64,000 nucleotides of DNA, taken from NCBI RefSeq assembly GCF_009914755.1, contig NC_060929.1; one strand, written 5' to 3'. The stretch is from the human T2T-CHM13v2.0 reference genome, Homo sapiens. Shown here piece by piece: positions 22,020 through 40,237 of the stretch. Under the pieces are notes generated by a model. It was given only the letters and a program-made list of their open reading frames with translations, was not told the origin of the DNA and made no database searches. Both the position numbers and the translations under genes were made by a program. Each line of letters starts with the position of its first letter. Positions within the stretch are counted from its first letter, which is position 1.

Positions 22020-22530
22020 TTATTACATTGTAAAATATACAAGCTGTATGTGAAAATATACATGTATAATTTAAACAACACAATAAACAGCTTTTAAACC
22101 ATCATCTATGCCAAGAAATGGAACATCACCAGTCCCCCAGAAGTTTCCTGTGTGCTCCACCCAGATCGTATATCCTTCCTCCTCCCACGCCCCTCAGAGA
22201 TAACGACTGTCCTGAATTTCGTGTGAATCACACCCTTGCTTTTTAGTGCATATGTGTTTCAGTAAACAGTGTACATGTTTAGTTTTGCCTGTTTTGAAAA
22301 TGTCTTTGAAGTCATACTTTATGATTGGCTTCTTCGGCTCAGTATTCTTTTTGAAATTCAGCCAGACTGGTGTGTGTAACATGATCTATTCATTTCACTG
22401 CTGTGTAATAGTCCATGGTATGGATAACCGGTACCTTTAATCATTCCACTGCTGATAGGCAACTTGAATTATTTCCTTAATGAAGAGTACTACTAAAAAC
22501 ACGTGTCAACATGCTTCCTGGTGCACGGGT
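22020..22530 (-). mobile_element. Old L1 (L1MC/ME-like) 3' fragment
   Basis: GAACATCACCAGTCCCCCAGAAG..TCCTGAATTTCGTG..ATTCATTTCACTGCTGTGTAATAGTCCAT pattern. Confidence 0.65.
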
Positions 22531-23074
22531 GTCAAGTTAAATTTGGACTGCTGTTCGTTTACCAGACTCTTCTCATTGAGGAATCATCAGCAAATGAGAA
22601 AAGTCCTCAGAACTGGAGCTGCCAAACATTTGTCCTATTTTAAAAAGTGGGAAGAGTTGGCATCTGGAATCCGTTGACCAATGGGCATGATGAGGAATCT
22701 TGGCAAAATTCTGAAACAAAATTCGATGTGATTTGTACTTAAGAGTACAGCACTTAAAGAATGAAGTTCCCATTAACTAGTGTAATGTCACAAAAAATAA
22801 GCCAAGACATATTATTTTAATCAGCCCTTTTGGTACAGTCACTGCACTGATAGGTCCAAGAAGTGCTACATTAGCCTTACTTTCCATGGACCATTCTATG
22901 AGGCTCTGTATAGATTCCCCATTATAGAACTACTCACAATGGCTGGTATTTATCTACTTTTCTAAATTTCTATATTTGTTTGTCTACTTTTCCATATCAC
23001 AGACTCAAGTGGGCAGGGCTCTTGTTCATCTGAGAGTGCTTGGCTCCAAGCTTGTCTTTTCCAGGCATTTGTTA

Positions 23075-23368
<294 letters not shown>

Positions 23369-23559
23369 CTAGGCAGGGGTGTAGGCAGTGGTATAGACAG
23401 GGATATAGGTAGGGGTGTAGGCAGGGAATCTAGTAGTTTTAGAACCATCATATCTAATAGCGATCAATTAGCAGATAAATATCTCTTTAGAAACTTACAT
23501 TAAAGCTTTTGCCTTGCTCGATATTTTTTGAGGGTTCAGATGAGTTTATATATTTTATC

Positions 23560-24680
23560 TTACAATGTCATTGAGATATAATTCATAAATCACCCACTTA
23601 AATTGTACAAGTCAATAGTTTTTACTATTAATAGGTAACTGTCACCTATAGCAGGTAACCATCACAATAGAATTTAATCCACCAAAATAATCTCATAACC
23701 ATTAGCAATTACTCTCCACTCCATATCACCTCAACCTTCCCAGCCCTAGAAAACCACTCATCTGATCGGGCGTGATGGCTCACGCCTGTAATCCCAGCAC
23801 TTTGGGAGGCTGAGGCGGGCGGATCACGAGGTCAGGAGATCGAGACCATCCTGGCTAACACGGTGAAACCCTGTCTCTACTAAAAATACAAAAAATTAGC
23901 CAGGCATGGTGGCATGTGCTTGTAGTCCCAGCTACTCGGGAGGCTGAGGCAGAAGAATCGCTTGAACCCAGGAGGCGGAGGTTGCAGTGGGCCGAGACCC
24001 ACGCCACTGCACTCCATCCTGGGTGACAGAGCGAGACTCTGTCAAAAAACGAAACAAAAAACCCACGGCTAAAACAAAAACGAAAACAAAAAAACACACC
24101 ACTAATCTATTTTTTTATTTTTTAAATTTTTAAATAGAGTTGGGGTCTTGCTATGTTGCCTAGGTTGGTCTCGAACTCCTGGGCTGAAGTGATCCTCCCA
24201 CCTTGGCCTCCCAAAGTGCTGGGATTATAGGTATGAGCCACTGTGCCCAGCCCACTAATCTACTTTTAGTCTTTTTATAGATTTGCTTATTCTGGATGTT
24301 TTATATAAATGGAATCATACAATATGTGGTTCTTTTTTGACTGGCTTCCTTCTCTTAGCATAATGTTTTCAAGATTCATCCATGTTTTATTTAGCATGTA
24401 TCAGGACTTCATTCTTCCTTGTTGTTGAATAAGATTCCCTTCCATGGATATAACACATTTTACTTATCCATTCATCAATTGGTGATCATTTGGGTTGTTT
24501 CCACTTTTGGGTTATTTTGAATAATGCAGATATGAACGTTTGTGTACAAATTTTCGTGTAGATGTATGTTTTCATTTCTTCCTAAAATGTTTTCATTTCA
24601 TGTCATTTCTCTTGGGTATATGCCAAAAAGTGGGATTGCTGGGTCAGATAATAATTCTAACTTAACTTTTCTAGGTACTT
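23560..24680 (-). mobile_element. L1MB-like 3' region with nested Alu (+, 23763-24095) and FLAM/half-Alu (-, 24108-24252)
   Basis: ATAAATGGAATCATACAATATGTGG..CTTAGCATAATGTTTTCAAGATTCATCCATGTT..GGGATTGCTGGGTCA. Confidence 0.8.
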
Positions 24681-24779
24681 GTCTTGGCTGATATTTTAAT
24701 AAGTAATGTAGATAAAGACAACATTATAATGGCCAAACTTGTGAATGGTACACATCTACAAGGAGTCAGTGCTGTGGAG

Positions 24780-25440
24780 TGGCACTGTTCAATATGGTAG
24801 CAACTAGCCACATGATTGCTGAGCACTTGAAGTTTGGTTACTCTGAATTAAGATGAGCTAGGAATATAAACTATGTACTAGATTTCAAGGTGTTATTATA
24901 AAAAGTAATGTAAAATATCTCAATCATTTTTAAGCTGGCTGGGCACCATGGTTCACACCTGCACTTTGGGAGGCTGAGGTGGGAGGATTGCTTGAGTGCA
25001 GGACCTTGAGAACAGCCTGGGCAAGTGCAGGAGCTTGAGACCATCACTACAAAAAAAGTAAAAATTAGCCAAGCATGGCAGCTTGTGCCTGTTGTCCCAG
25101 CACTTTGGGAGGCTAAGGTGGGAATATTACATGAACCCAGGAGTTTGAGACCAGCTTAGGCAACATAGTGAGACCCCATCTCTACAAAAAAATTAAGAAA
25201 CTAGCTGCGCATGGTGGTATGTGGCTATAGTCCCAGTTACTTGGGAGGCTGAGGCAGAATTACTTGAACCCAGGAGTTCAAGGCTGCAGTGAGCTGTGAT
25301 CACACCACTGCATTTTAGCCTGAGCAAGAAAGTGAGACTCTGTCTCAACAAAAAATATTTATGCCAATTACACTTTGAAATGATAATATTTTGGCTATAT
25401 TAAAGTAAATAAAATACCTTATTAAAATTAATTTTACCAC
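24780..25440. mobile_element. MER3/MER33-type hAT-Charlie DNA transposon relic interrupted by Alus (24937-25335)
   Basis: CTGTTCAATATGGTAGCAACTAGCCACATG..GAGCACTTGAA..ATTAAAATTAATTTTACC. Confidence 0.65.
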
Positions 25441-27089
25441 TTCTTTCTTTATTTTTTGAGAGACATGTTCTTGCTCTGTTGCTCAGGCTTGAGTGAAGTG
25501 GCAAGATCACAGCTCACTGCAGCCTCAACTTCCTGGGCTCAAGTTATCCTCCCACCTCATCCTTCCAAAGTGCTAGGACTACAGGCCCACACCACTGTGC
25601 TCAGCTAATTTTTACTGTTTCTGTAATGGGGTCTTGCCATCTTGCCCAGGCTGGTGTCAAGCTCCTGGACTCAAGCAATCCTCCTGCCTCACCCTCCCAA
25701 TGTGTTGGGGTAACAGGCATGAGCCACTGTGCCCAGCCATGGAATCTTTATACTTTTTAAATATGGCTACAGTTGTGCCTTGCGTTATACATAAGTGCCT
25801 CACATCGTATTTCTATTGAGCAGCGCTGCTGTATTCTTTTGTGTTGATTTCCTCCTTCAAACATTGGGTGGATACTAACCTGGTAGGGTTTGGAATCAGT
25901 CAGACCTGGATTCCTCGCTCTGTCACCCAGGCTGGAGCGCATTGGTGCAATCTCTGCTCACTACAACCTCTGCCTCCTGGGCTCAAGTGATTCTCGTGCA
26001 TCAGCCTCCCCAGTAGCTGAGATTACAGGCGTGTGCCACCACACCCAGCATTTTTTTTGTATTTTAGTAGAGATGGGATTTCACCATGTTGGCCAGGCTG
26101 GTCTCAAACTTCTGGCCTCAAGAGAGTCGTCCGCCTTGGCCACCCAAAGTGCTGGGATTACAGGTGTGAGGCACTGTACCCAGCCTCAAAACCAGGTTCT
26201 TAGCTGCAAAGCTATGGACAAGTTACTTAATATTTCTAAGTCTCAATTCTGTTAACTGTAAAAATTAAGCAATAATAACTTATTTTATCAAAATGTTACA
26301 AGGATTCAATAAAAGCAATTACATAAAGAACTTACCTGAATGCAAGCACACAGGAAGAGCTAAATAAATGTTCCTTCTCTTTCTCCTTTCCTTTCCTCAT
26401 TTCCATTCTGTTAAGTGATAAGTAATTAACCTAGTCAGATGATATACAGTTCTGGGTGGTAACATGTGCCACCTTGCGTGACTTACAGTGTATTTACTTT
26501 AATAAGGGACTTCAAGATATTATGCATAATGGAATGACTTCAGTGGTTGCATTTTTGGGTAGGCAAGATCTCATAAATAATATGAATAGCCACTTTTATC
26601 TCTTCTGTTATCAGGGTAGAATTTAACTTAGCCTGTTTGCAATGCGATATACTCCAAGTCTTAAAATAATGCCTAGTTGTTTGAACTTTACCCAGCACGG
26701 AGGATATGTGGAGATTGAGATGGTTCACATGTGTTTCAGGATGTCATTTGAACCACTCAGAACTCATTCAATATGGAAAACTAAGTGAGAACTTCTCAAG
26801 GGAACTTGTTCTCTTTCCAGAGGTTGCTGGAATTTCCTGTTTCTGTTTGGACTCAAAATATCACATAAAATTCTATTTTCTCTGAACACTTTGGGTCCTG
26901 GCTTGACCCAGGAAGGCATATTTTAATTTAAATGAAAAACATACACGTCGGAGACTCTTCACCATCTTCCTCAGTTCTGAGGTATGTCTTGTTGACCAAA
27001 AGCTGTTTTTCTCCCAACAACATTGATCACAGATTGCACTCACTTCACCTCTACTGAGAAAATTTACATCTTCTCCAGAATCAGCAACT

Positions 27090-27920
<831 letters not shown>

Positions 27921-28086
27921 ATCATTGAACTTTTTGCACTTTTGGAAGCTGATAGAATAGCAAACACAGGCCGGGCATCGTGGCTGATGCCTGTAATCCC
28001 AGCACTTTGGGAGGCTGAGGCAGGAGGATCACCTGAGCTCGAGAGTTCGAGAGCAGCCTGACCAATATGGTGAAATCCCGTTTCTA

Positions 28087-28294
<208 letters not shown>

Positions 28295-29848
28295 TCAAAT
28301 AAAACGTCTTGATGCACTAAGAGTTCCAGGTTCATTGCTATAGGTTGTAAGAAGATAGAGACATAAAATTCTATTATCATTATTTAGCATTAATTACTTT
28401 TTTCTGTACGTTTTTCCTCAGGTGATCTATATCTAGAAACTCCTATTTGGTATTTGGTATGTAGTTAAAAAAAAATAAAAAGTAGGCCAGGCTCATGCCT
28501 GTAATTCCAGCATTTTGGGAGGCTAAGGCGGAAGGATCATTTGAGCTCAGGAGTTTGAGATCAGCCTGGACAACATGGTGAAACCCTGTCTCTACTAAAA
28601 ATTCAAAAATTAGCTGGGTGTGGAGGAGCGTGCCTGTAGTACCAGCTACTTGGGAGGCTGAGGTGGGAGGATCCCTTGGGCTTGGGAGGCAGGGTTGAGT
28701 TGGCAGTGAGCTGAGATGGCACCACTGCCCCACTGCACCTGGGCGACAGAGTGAGACCCCGTCTCAAAAAAAAAAAAAAAACAACTAATCTCCAAATACT
28801 TTTGGAGAAGCGTAAAGAGTTTAATCTGGGGTAATAGAATGGGTACCCTCTGCAGTCCCTCGGACCATCTTGTTTCCATTTACTTGATTAAGAATTAAAC
28901 ATATTGCAGCCATGTGTGAACTTGGCACATTCAAGATTCCTGCTAAAAGTTAGAATTCCTTTGACATCCTACCGCACCCTTTAGAGAAATTTCTAAAGAC
29001 TTCCTTCCAGCTGTCACCAAAAATGATAAAAGGCCATTTACGGACAGCGTTGCTTTGATTGCCCCTGCCTAAGTGTACAATGGGTAGAAATGCATTTACT
29101 GCCATTTCTAGGGCAGTAGAATATTGGAAATAGTAACCTTTTATATGTTCTTTGCCTAAAGGATGGAAGAGGCCATGGCTGTGTACTGACAATATTCTTC
29201 TACTGACAAAATGCTGTTGCTTGAGAGTGCAGCTGAGGTTATGCCATTTCTCATAAAGTCAAGTAAAAAGTAAAGCAGTGTTGACTTACTAGCTTATCAA
29301 CTGAAAGAACGCCTTGTAGCTTCTAGTCTGTAAAGCCTCAACTTATTTCTATTATTTACAAAAAGGATCAGTTTGTTCCAAGCCTTTTGAACTGAAGTGC
29401 TGCTGTTCCCTGCAGCAGGAGAGAGGTCACTAAGAGGAAGCCAGAGAATCACACGGATTTCTTCTTCCTCCAGCTCTAGAACTGAGATGGCTCCTCGCCT
29501 CCCGAAAAACAATGCGGCTGACTCTAATGAAATTCACTATCACCCACAGGCAGTAGCCAGACACACCTACTTTATTTTCAAAATTAAATTGTTTGATGAC
29601 AGACAGATAAGGAACAGATGGCAGGGAAGGTGGAGATAATAATAGGTAAGTTTTGTCTTCTGGGTTGATGGGTTTTACCCTATTCCTATCAATGTTGACC
29701 AGAAATCAGAACATTATTCATTTATTTTGGAAATTACTTCAGTTGATTAAACAAATGTAATCAGGATAAAAAATAAACCTAAGGAGGCCGGGCGTGGTGG
29801 CTCATGCCTGTAATTCCAGTACTTTGGGAGGCCGAGGCGGGTGGATCA

Positions 29849-30100
<252 letters not shown>

Positions 30101-30299
30101 TCATAATCCACTTCTTTAACATGACAACTCAATTTTTTCCCAGTCTTTGTCCATAATAATTCAGATAAAATATTGCTTTTTTACATTTGATAACTAACCG
30201 TCATGTCATTTAACCAAATGGTTTGATACAAGGTTTGAAGCTGTAGAGCTTCAATGAAAACATCCATACCTATTAAATGGGACAAAGAGAAAGATTATT

Positions 30300-30720
30300 T
30301 AATGATAAAAGTGTATAAGCCGCAAGAATGTATTACAGTCATGTTTATGCCAAAGCAGGAAAAAAGCCGAATACATAAAGCAAAAACTCATGTCAAGATA
30401 ACTTAAAAACAAACAAATTATTCTAGGACATTGTAATATATCTCTTTCAGAGTTTACTAGGCCAAGCAGATAAAAATAAGGAAAAATAAGGTTTGAAAAA
30501 AATATAATAAACAACCTCAACATTATACATGACTTTATATCCAGCAGAAAATATATGTTCTTTTGTGACTTTGGGCATTTAGATGATTCAGTCATTAATT
30601 GGCCACAAAGAAAACATTAACACGTTCCAAATATCGGAAGTGGATGTTCTGGAGGCCATATTCTTAACTCTTATTCCAATAGAACTAGATCAACAATGTA
30701 TATATAGATACACCAAATTG
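30300..30720 (+). mobile_element. Ancient L1 ORF2 (endonuclease-region) relic
   Basis: A-rich sequence with CAGCAGAAAATATATGTTCTTT..GGCCACAAAGAAAACATTAACACGTTCCAAA, resembling the L1 EN region. Confidence 0.5.
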
Positions 30721-32034
30721 AAGAAAGCTCCGCTTAAACTAGTAGTAGAACCTAATTTAATGTCATATTTTATTGGCAAGGAATAACAAATGGTTTAGAG
30801 CTTATATCAATTTACAGCTTGTGAGTACAGGTACAATCAAGAGTACCAGGTGATTGAGAGATTAAAATTTTATTGATGGATCTCATCTTTAGAGTATCTG
30901 CATTAGTCATCAATCCTGTGAAATATTCTCATAGGTTCAGAAAATCTCCGTAAGGAATGAACATTTGGATCCAAACAGATTACAAACCAAAATGAGTCTT
31001 CAATGTTATTTCTTGCTTTTCGGTGTGAAGGAAACAAGACCGCTGTAACAATGGAGCTTTTCCAAAAGCTGCGATAAGATCTTCCTTCCGTGTCTGGAAC
31101 TGCACTCTGAAGCGCTGGACTCTTAATCAGCACAAAGAGGAAACCAAGGCTTCCTTCCCAGGTCAACTGGCTTCCATGGACTGCAAAACTACCTTTTACA
31201 AAGCGCTCTGGATGCTGTTAGCCTAGGAACCACTTTCTGTTTCATTCCCCTTGGCATTAGACTAAACAAAGCACTGTGTTTCCATTTTAATATGTGGTCC
31301 CTTAAAAGACATTCTTCTCTACATCATAAGGATAAAGCAGCATAGGTTGTGCTTATTCAGCCTGTTCCATCACTATCACGATTATTTACATTAAATTAAA
31401 AATATAGTTCACAAGGCAACCAGTGTGGGTTGGCTTGAGAGGGGCAGGAGTTGTCTTTGATGAACGAAATAATTTTAGATAAAGTTACCCTGGTATATCC
31501 CTGCTTAGTGACAATAAGAACATTTTATTCGATCCATTCAATAAACCTCAGAAAGGTAGGTTCTGAAGATGTGAGAAGGGTATAGATGGAGGCGTGGGGC
31601 TGTCTCTGATTCTGATGTGCAAACAAGCTGTCTGAAGTCTTTCCATATTTTAAATCCCCAGTTGTGAAATGAGATCCATTAGTAAATTGAAGATGGGATG
31701 ACATTGGCTGGGTGTGAATCATCTCCTGGTAAAACCTTGAGCTTCCAGAAGATGCCACATTGCAAGACATCTAAAAACACCCAGGGGACCGACGATAGCT
31801 TTGTTTTAAAATAAAATGGTTACCTTGGAAGATTGGAAAAACTTAAAAGGTGCAGGCTTGCAAGCTCTTGCTTGCATCTTGCAGGCTTAAACACATGGAA
31901 TTCTATTGCAACAGTGGTGTTGACAGAGCAAGCGTGTTTCCTTGAAACAAGAAGCCGCCCAAATTAATAATTACTACCTGATGAGGCCCTCAAATATTTC
32001 CCACTGATTCCTCCTTTTTTTCTCTCCCTTTCTT

Positions 32035-34150
<2,116 letters not shown>

Positions 34151-34614
34151 ATTTCATTATTTAAATATGTGATTTGATTGTTTGGCCCATCTAACAAAAT
34201 TGGGAACAAATAATAATCTAGTACAAGGCAGGAAACAACAGAGTAAGAGCATTCATTTAGGTATAAGTTGAAGTTATTAAGGACAGCACTTCCTTCTATT
34301 ATATTGTAATACTTATAACAAATTTGCACTATAGTTAAAATTTGCAACCCAAGACACTTTAAATTCGTTGACTGCAGAGGAGGTACACGACCTCTCAGGA
34401 AGCTGAGGTCAGTAGAATAAATGTGTAAGTTTGTATGTCTCAGGTGGGCTCTTGCTGCCTACCAGAAGAGCAAACTTTTAGGATCAATTAGCAAAGGGTG
34501 TGCATAAAGGCATTAGACAGTTTTACTCTGCAGGAACTTTTTTTTTTTTTTTTTTTTGAGACGGAGTCTCACCGTCACCTAGGCTGGAGTGCAATGGCAA
34601 GGGCAAGAGCTTGG

Positions 34615-35034
34615 TGAGGTGACAGCGTGCTGGCAGTCCTCACAGCCCTCGCTCGCTCTCAGCGCCTCTTCTGCCTGGGCTCCCACTTTGGCGGCACTTG
34701 AGGAGCCCCTCAGCCCACTGCTGCACTGTGGGAGCCCCTTTCTGGGCTGGCCAAGGCCAGAGCCGGATCCCTTAGGTTGCAGGGAGGTGCTGAGGGAGAG
34801 GCGCGAGCGGGAACCGGGGCTGCGCGGTGCTTGCGGGCCAGCTGGAGTTCGGAGTGGACGTGGGCTTGGCGTGCCCCGCACTCGGAGCAGCCCGCCGGAC
34901 CCGGGCAATGAGGGAGGGGCTTAGCACCCGGGCCAGCGGCTGTGGAGGGTGTACTGGGTCCCCCAGCAGTGCTGGCCCACCGGCGCTGTGCTCGATTTCT
35001 CGCCGGGCCTTAGCTGCCTTCCCGCGGGGAAGGG
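34615..35034 (+). mobile_element. 5' GC-rich fragment of LTR12C (3'-truncated)
   Basis: GAGGTGACAGCGTGCTGGCAGTCCTCACAGCCCTCGCTCGCTCTC..., clearly homologous to 13374-13770. It stops before the CCAAT repeats. Confidence 0.92.
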
Positions 35035-35335
35035 GAGGGGAGGGGGAAGTGTTCCTCGAATTGTTTTATCTGCTCTTACAAAATCCTGAGCGTTTAAATA
35101 AATGCTAGGACCAGAGGGATTGGCAGTGGGGATGACAGCTGACAAATACTTAAAGGCAACTACCAAAATTGGTGGGGAGTACAGTAAGTCAATCAAAAGG
35201 TGAAGAAAAGAACTTTCTCTTGTTACCCACAGGAAAATACCTAGAGAAAAACCCTCAGTTGAAAGACATCCTGCATTGAATCTATGTGATTATTTCCTTC
35301 CCTTTTTACTACCAGTATAAGCAGCGTGTAAGTAA

Positions 35336-35649
<314 letters not shown>

Positions 35650-35810
35650 TAGCCAGGATAGTCCAGATCTCCTGACCTCGTGATCCGCCCACCTCAGCCT
35701 CCCAAAGTGCTGGGATTACATGCGTGAGCCACTGCGCCCGGCCTTTTTTCTTTATTTTTTTAAGGTTAGGGTCTCACTCTGTCGCCTGGGCTGGAGTGCA
35801 ACGGTGCAAT

Positions 35811-36233
35811 CGATGCAGGATTTTTTTGCTCCTTAGTTAAGCTAAAATCGGGTTCTTGTCTCACGACCAGGAAACACTAGGTATACAGACACATTGAAGG
35901 GTGAGGAGGGTGGATTTATTAGGCGAAAAGAAAGCTCTCAGCAAAGAAAGAAGGGGTCCTGCCAACAGGGTCCCACCTCACAGATTGAACACCAGGCCAC
36001 CACATGAGCTGAGGCGGCCAGGCTCCTCCCCCTGCATAAGGCGCGAATTCCTGGTGGCTCTACCCCCATTTCCCCAGTGCGCATGTGGGCCCTGAGTCTC
36101 AGCCACTCCACATTGATTTATTTCTCTTACTACACATATGTTAAGGGATGGAATTTTTCACCATGGGCATGCTTATGCAGGCCCCCTGTGCACAATGACC
36201 TGGGCAGCCTTTGGCTATCTCCTGCTTCTATCA
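35811..36233 (-). mobile_element. Solo ERV1-class LTR (family uncertain) inserted into an AluJ (35745-36465)
   Basis: Minus strand reads TGATAGAAGCAGGAG...AATAAA...AAGAACCCG..GGAGCAAAAAAATCCTGCATC(G). Flanked by CAAT/TAAT. The Alu sequence GGAGTGCAACGGTGCAAT|CATAGCTCACTGCAGCC rejoins when it is removed. Confidence 0.8.
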
Positions 36234-37754
36234 TAATCATAGCTCACTGCAGCCTTGAAATCCTGGGCTCCAGGTCCTCCAGCTTCAGCCTCCTGAGTAC
36301 CTGGTACTACAAGTGCACATCGCCACATCTAAGTAATTTTTAACATTTTTGTAGAGACAGGGGTCTTACTATGTTGCCTCGGCTGGTCTTCTGGACTCAA
36401 GCAGTCTTCCTACCTTGGCCTCCCACAGTGCTGGGATCACAGGTGTGAGCCACTGCGCCTGGCCCATGTCATTTTTCAGAAAGGCTCTTTAAAAGGATTT
36501 CTCAGGAGCAAGTGGAGAAAGAAGTTTCTTAAACCCTTTGTGTACCACAAGCCAGGAAACCATGAGCTAGAATTGAGCATCGTTTGTTGTAATTCACAAT
36601 TGTTCTCAAACCTGGCTGAATTGAAAAACTACTCAGAGTGTTTTAAAGAATACTGATGTGATGCTGAAATATTTAGGGGAGGCACAATGACGCCTATCAC
36701 TTACTTTGAAATGTGTTAAAAAATAAGATGGGGCCAGGTTCAGTGGCCTGTAATCCCAGCACTTTGGGGAGGCTGAGGTGGGAGGATCGCTATCGCTTGA
36801 GTCCAGGAGTTTGGGACCAGTCTGGGCAACATGACAAGACCCTGTCTCTACAAAAAATTTTAAAATTAGCCAGGGATGGTGTCCTGTCTGTAGTCCCAGC
36901 TACTTGGAAGGCAGGAGGATTGATTGAGCCTGGGAGGTTGAGGCTGCAGTGAGCCAAGATTGTACCATTGCACTCCATCCTAGGCAACAGAGTGAGACTC
37001 TGTCTCCAAAAAAAAAAAAAAAAAAAAAAAAAGGGCTGAGGGATAGCTAGAGGGCTGGCTAGACAAATAGGCATGTGATAGGAGAAGTATTGTAAGATGC
37101 TAATTGGAGAATATAGGTTTAGGGTGAACATGCTTTTACTGCAACATTATTTTTATGCATGTTTGAAACTTTCATAATATGTTACGCAAAATATAGGAAA
37201 TATGTAATATTTACAATCAAAAGCAAAAATGATGGAATACATAGTGGATCTAGTATTCCACTATGTAGACGAATGAATTAGTACATTTTAAAATTAGATT
37301 TAGAAACCCTTTTTGAAAAAAAAACAAGCAGGAAAGAACAAAGAACTAGAAAATATATAATTATGAGGTATATGGGATGGTCACAGGAAGAATCCCAGAA
37401 AAATAGAAAAATAAAAGTTGAGGAAAGGGTATCTTTGAAAAAAAATAAAGGAGAAATAAAGGAGATGAAAAAAGCACATGCTGGGTTTCTTTCTCCCTTC
37501 CCTTATTGATGAAAGCTGAGTTTCAGTGGGTAGATCCAACACTGGCATTATTTGGAAAGCTCCCCAGTTGACTTTAATGTACATCTAGGGCTGAGAATTG
37601 CTGGTTGAGAGAAGGAGCCTTGGGAGACTAATATGCTTTAAAAACAAAACAGTTATAAGAGTATGGAAATCATGAAAACGAAGCAAATTTTAAGAACAAC
37701 TTGAACTTTCCTTAGGTTCTGAAAGATTGACTTTTATCTATTGGTAACTTCTCA

Positions 37755-37904
<150 letters not shown>

Positions 37905-38059
37905 TTAGCCGGACGTGGTGGCAGGTGCCTGTAGTCCCAGCTACTCGGGAGGCTGAGGCAGGAGAATGGTGCGAATCCTGGAAGGCCCTGGAGCTTGCAG
38001 TGAGCCCAGATCGCGCCACTGTACTCCAGCCTGGGCGACAGAGCGAGACTCCATCTCAG

Positions 38060-38096
<37 letters not shown>

Positions 38097-38273
38097 CTCA
38101 GGTGGGCCGGGAGTGGTGGCTCACACCTGTAATTCCAGACTTTGGGAGGCCGAGGAGAGCAGATCATGAGGTCAGGAGATGGAGACCATCCTGACCAACA
38201 TGGTGAAATCCTGTCTCTACTAAAATACGAAAAATTAGCTGGACGTGGTGGCACTTGCCTGTAGTCTCTGCTA

Positions 38274-38843
<570 letters not shown>

Positions 38844-39024
38844 CTATATGGTGTCTCAAATCAGGTGGCTCTTAGGACTATGGTGCTTTCTCTGTATGGC
38901 TCCAGGTCTGAGGGAATTATGTCAACTCTGTTTTTCACAGTTTACGTACAGTTTTAATTTTTGTCTTCACAGTTTTTTTTTTCTTTGGCCCTTATGGCTT
39001 TTATTTTATTTTTATTTTTTCTGA

Positions 39025-39330
<306 letters not shown>

Positions 39331-40020
39331 TAAAACACAGGTTTCCAGTAACCTAGGTGAGATATTTTTCTCTCCATCATCGTCATTGAGCTTATGTCCT
39401 ACATTTGTAATGCAGTTAGATTTAGTGTCACAGCCCGAAATTCATCCTTCAATTCCCTATCATCTTGGTTGAGTTAAAAAAAAAAAAATTCATAGAGTAA
39501 ACTTCACTTTCAAAAGTGTACAGTACAATGGGTTTTGATAAATGCATAGTGGCACGAATCCATCACTAGCATAGCATACACAGCAGTGTATGCTTTGGGT
39601 GATGAAATACACTATGCTATGTATTTCATCACCCAACGAATGTCCCTGTGTGGTCCCTTTGTAGTCAACCATTTCCATTCTCCTATCTCCTGGAAATTGT
39701 CATCTATTTTCACTGGTCTCTTATTTTGATAAATTTAATCTTTTCTGGCCGATGTTCTTCTACTTTTTGGTTTGAGGCAGAAGACTTTCTTTTGAAATGG
39801 AGTTTCCTTATATTTTTTGTTTTTTGTTGCTTTTGGTGGACTTCGGTGAATGCAGTGGAGTCAACATGACTCTCCTCTGTCATCTCTAAGTAGGCATTTA
39901 AAGAAGACTTTTGGTGACATTTAAATTTCCTTTTGCTGGGTGTGGTGGCTGATCCCAGCACTTTGGGTGGCTGAGGTGGGCGGATCACCTGAGGTCAGGA
40001 GTTCGAGACCAGCCTACTCA

Positions 40021-40237
<217 letters not shown>

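Noticed and set aside
39710-39930. Lys-rich minus-strand ORF (LEMTEESHVDSTAF...RPEKIKFIK)
   Set aside because: The start lies in an Alu, there are no convincing splice sites, I recognise no homologue, and A-rich composition explains the Lys bias. A blastx hit would reopen it.
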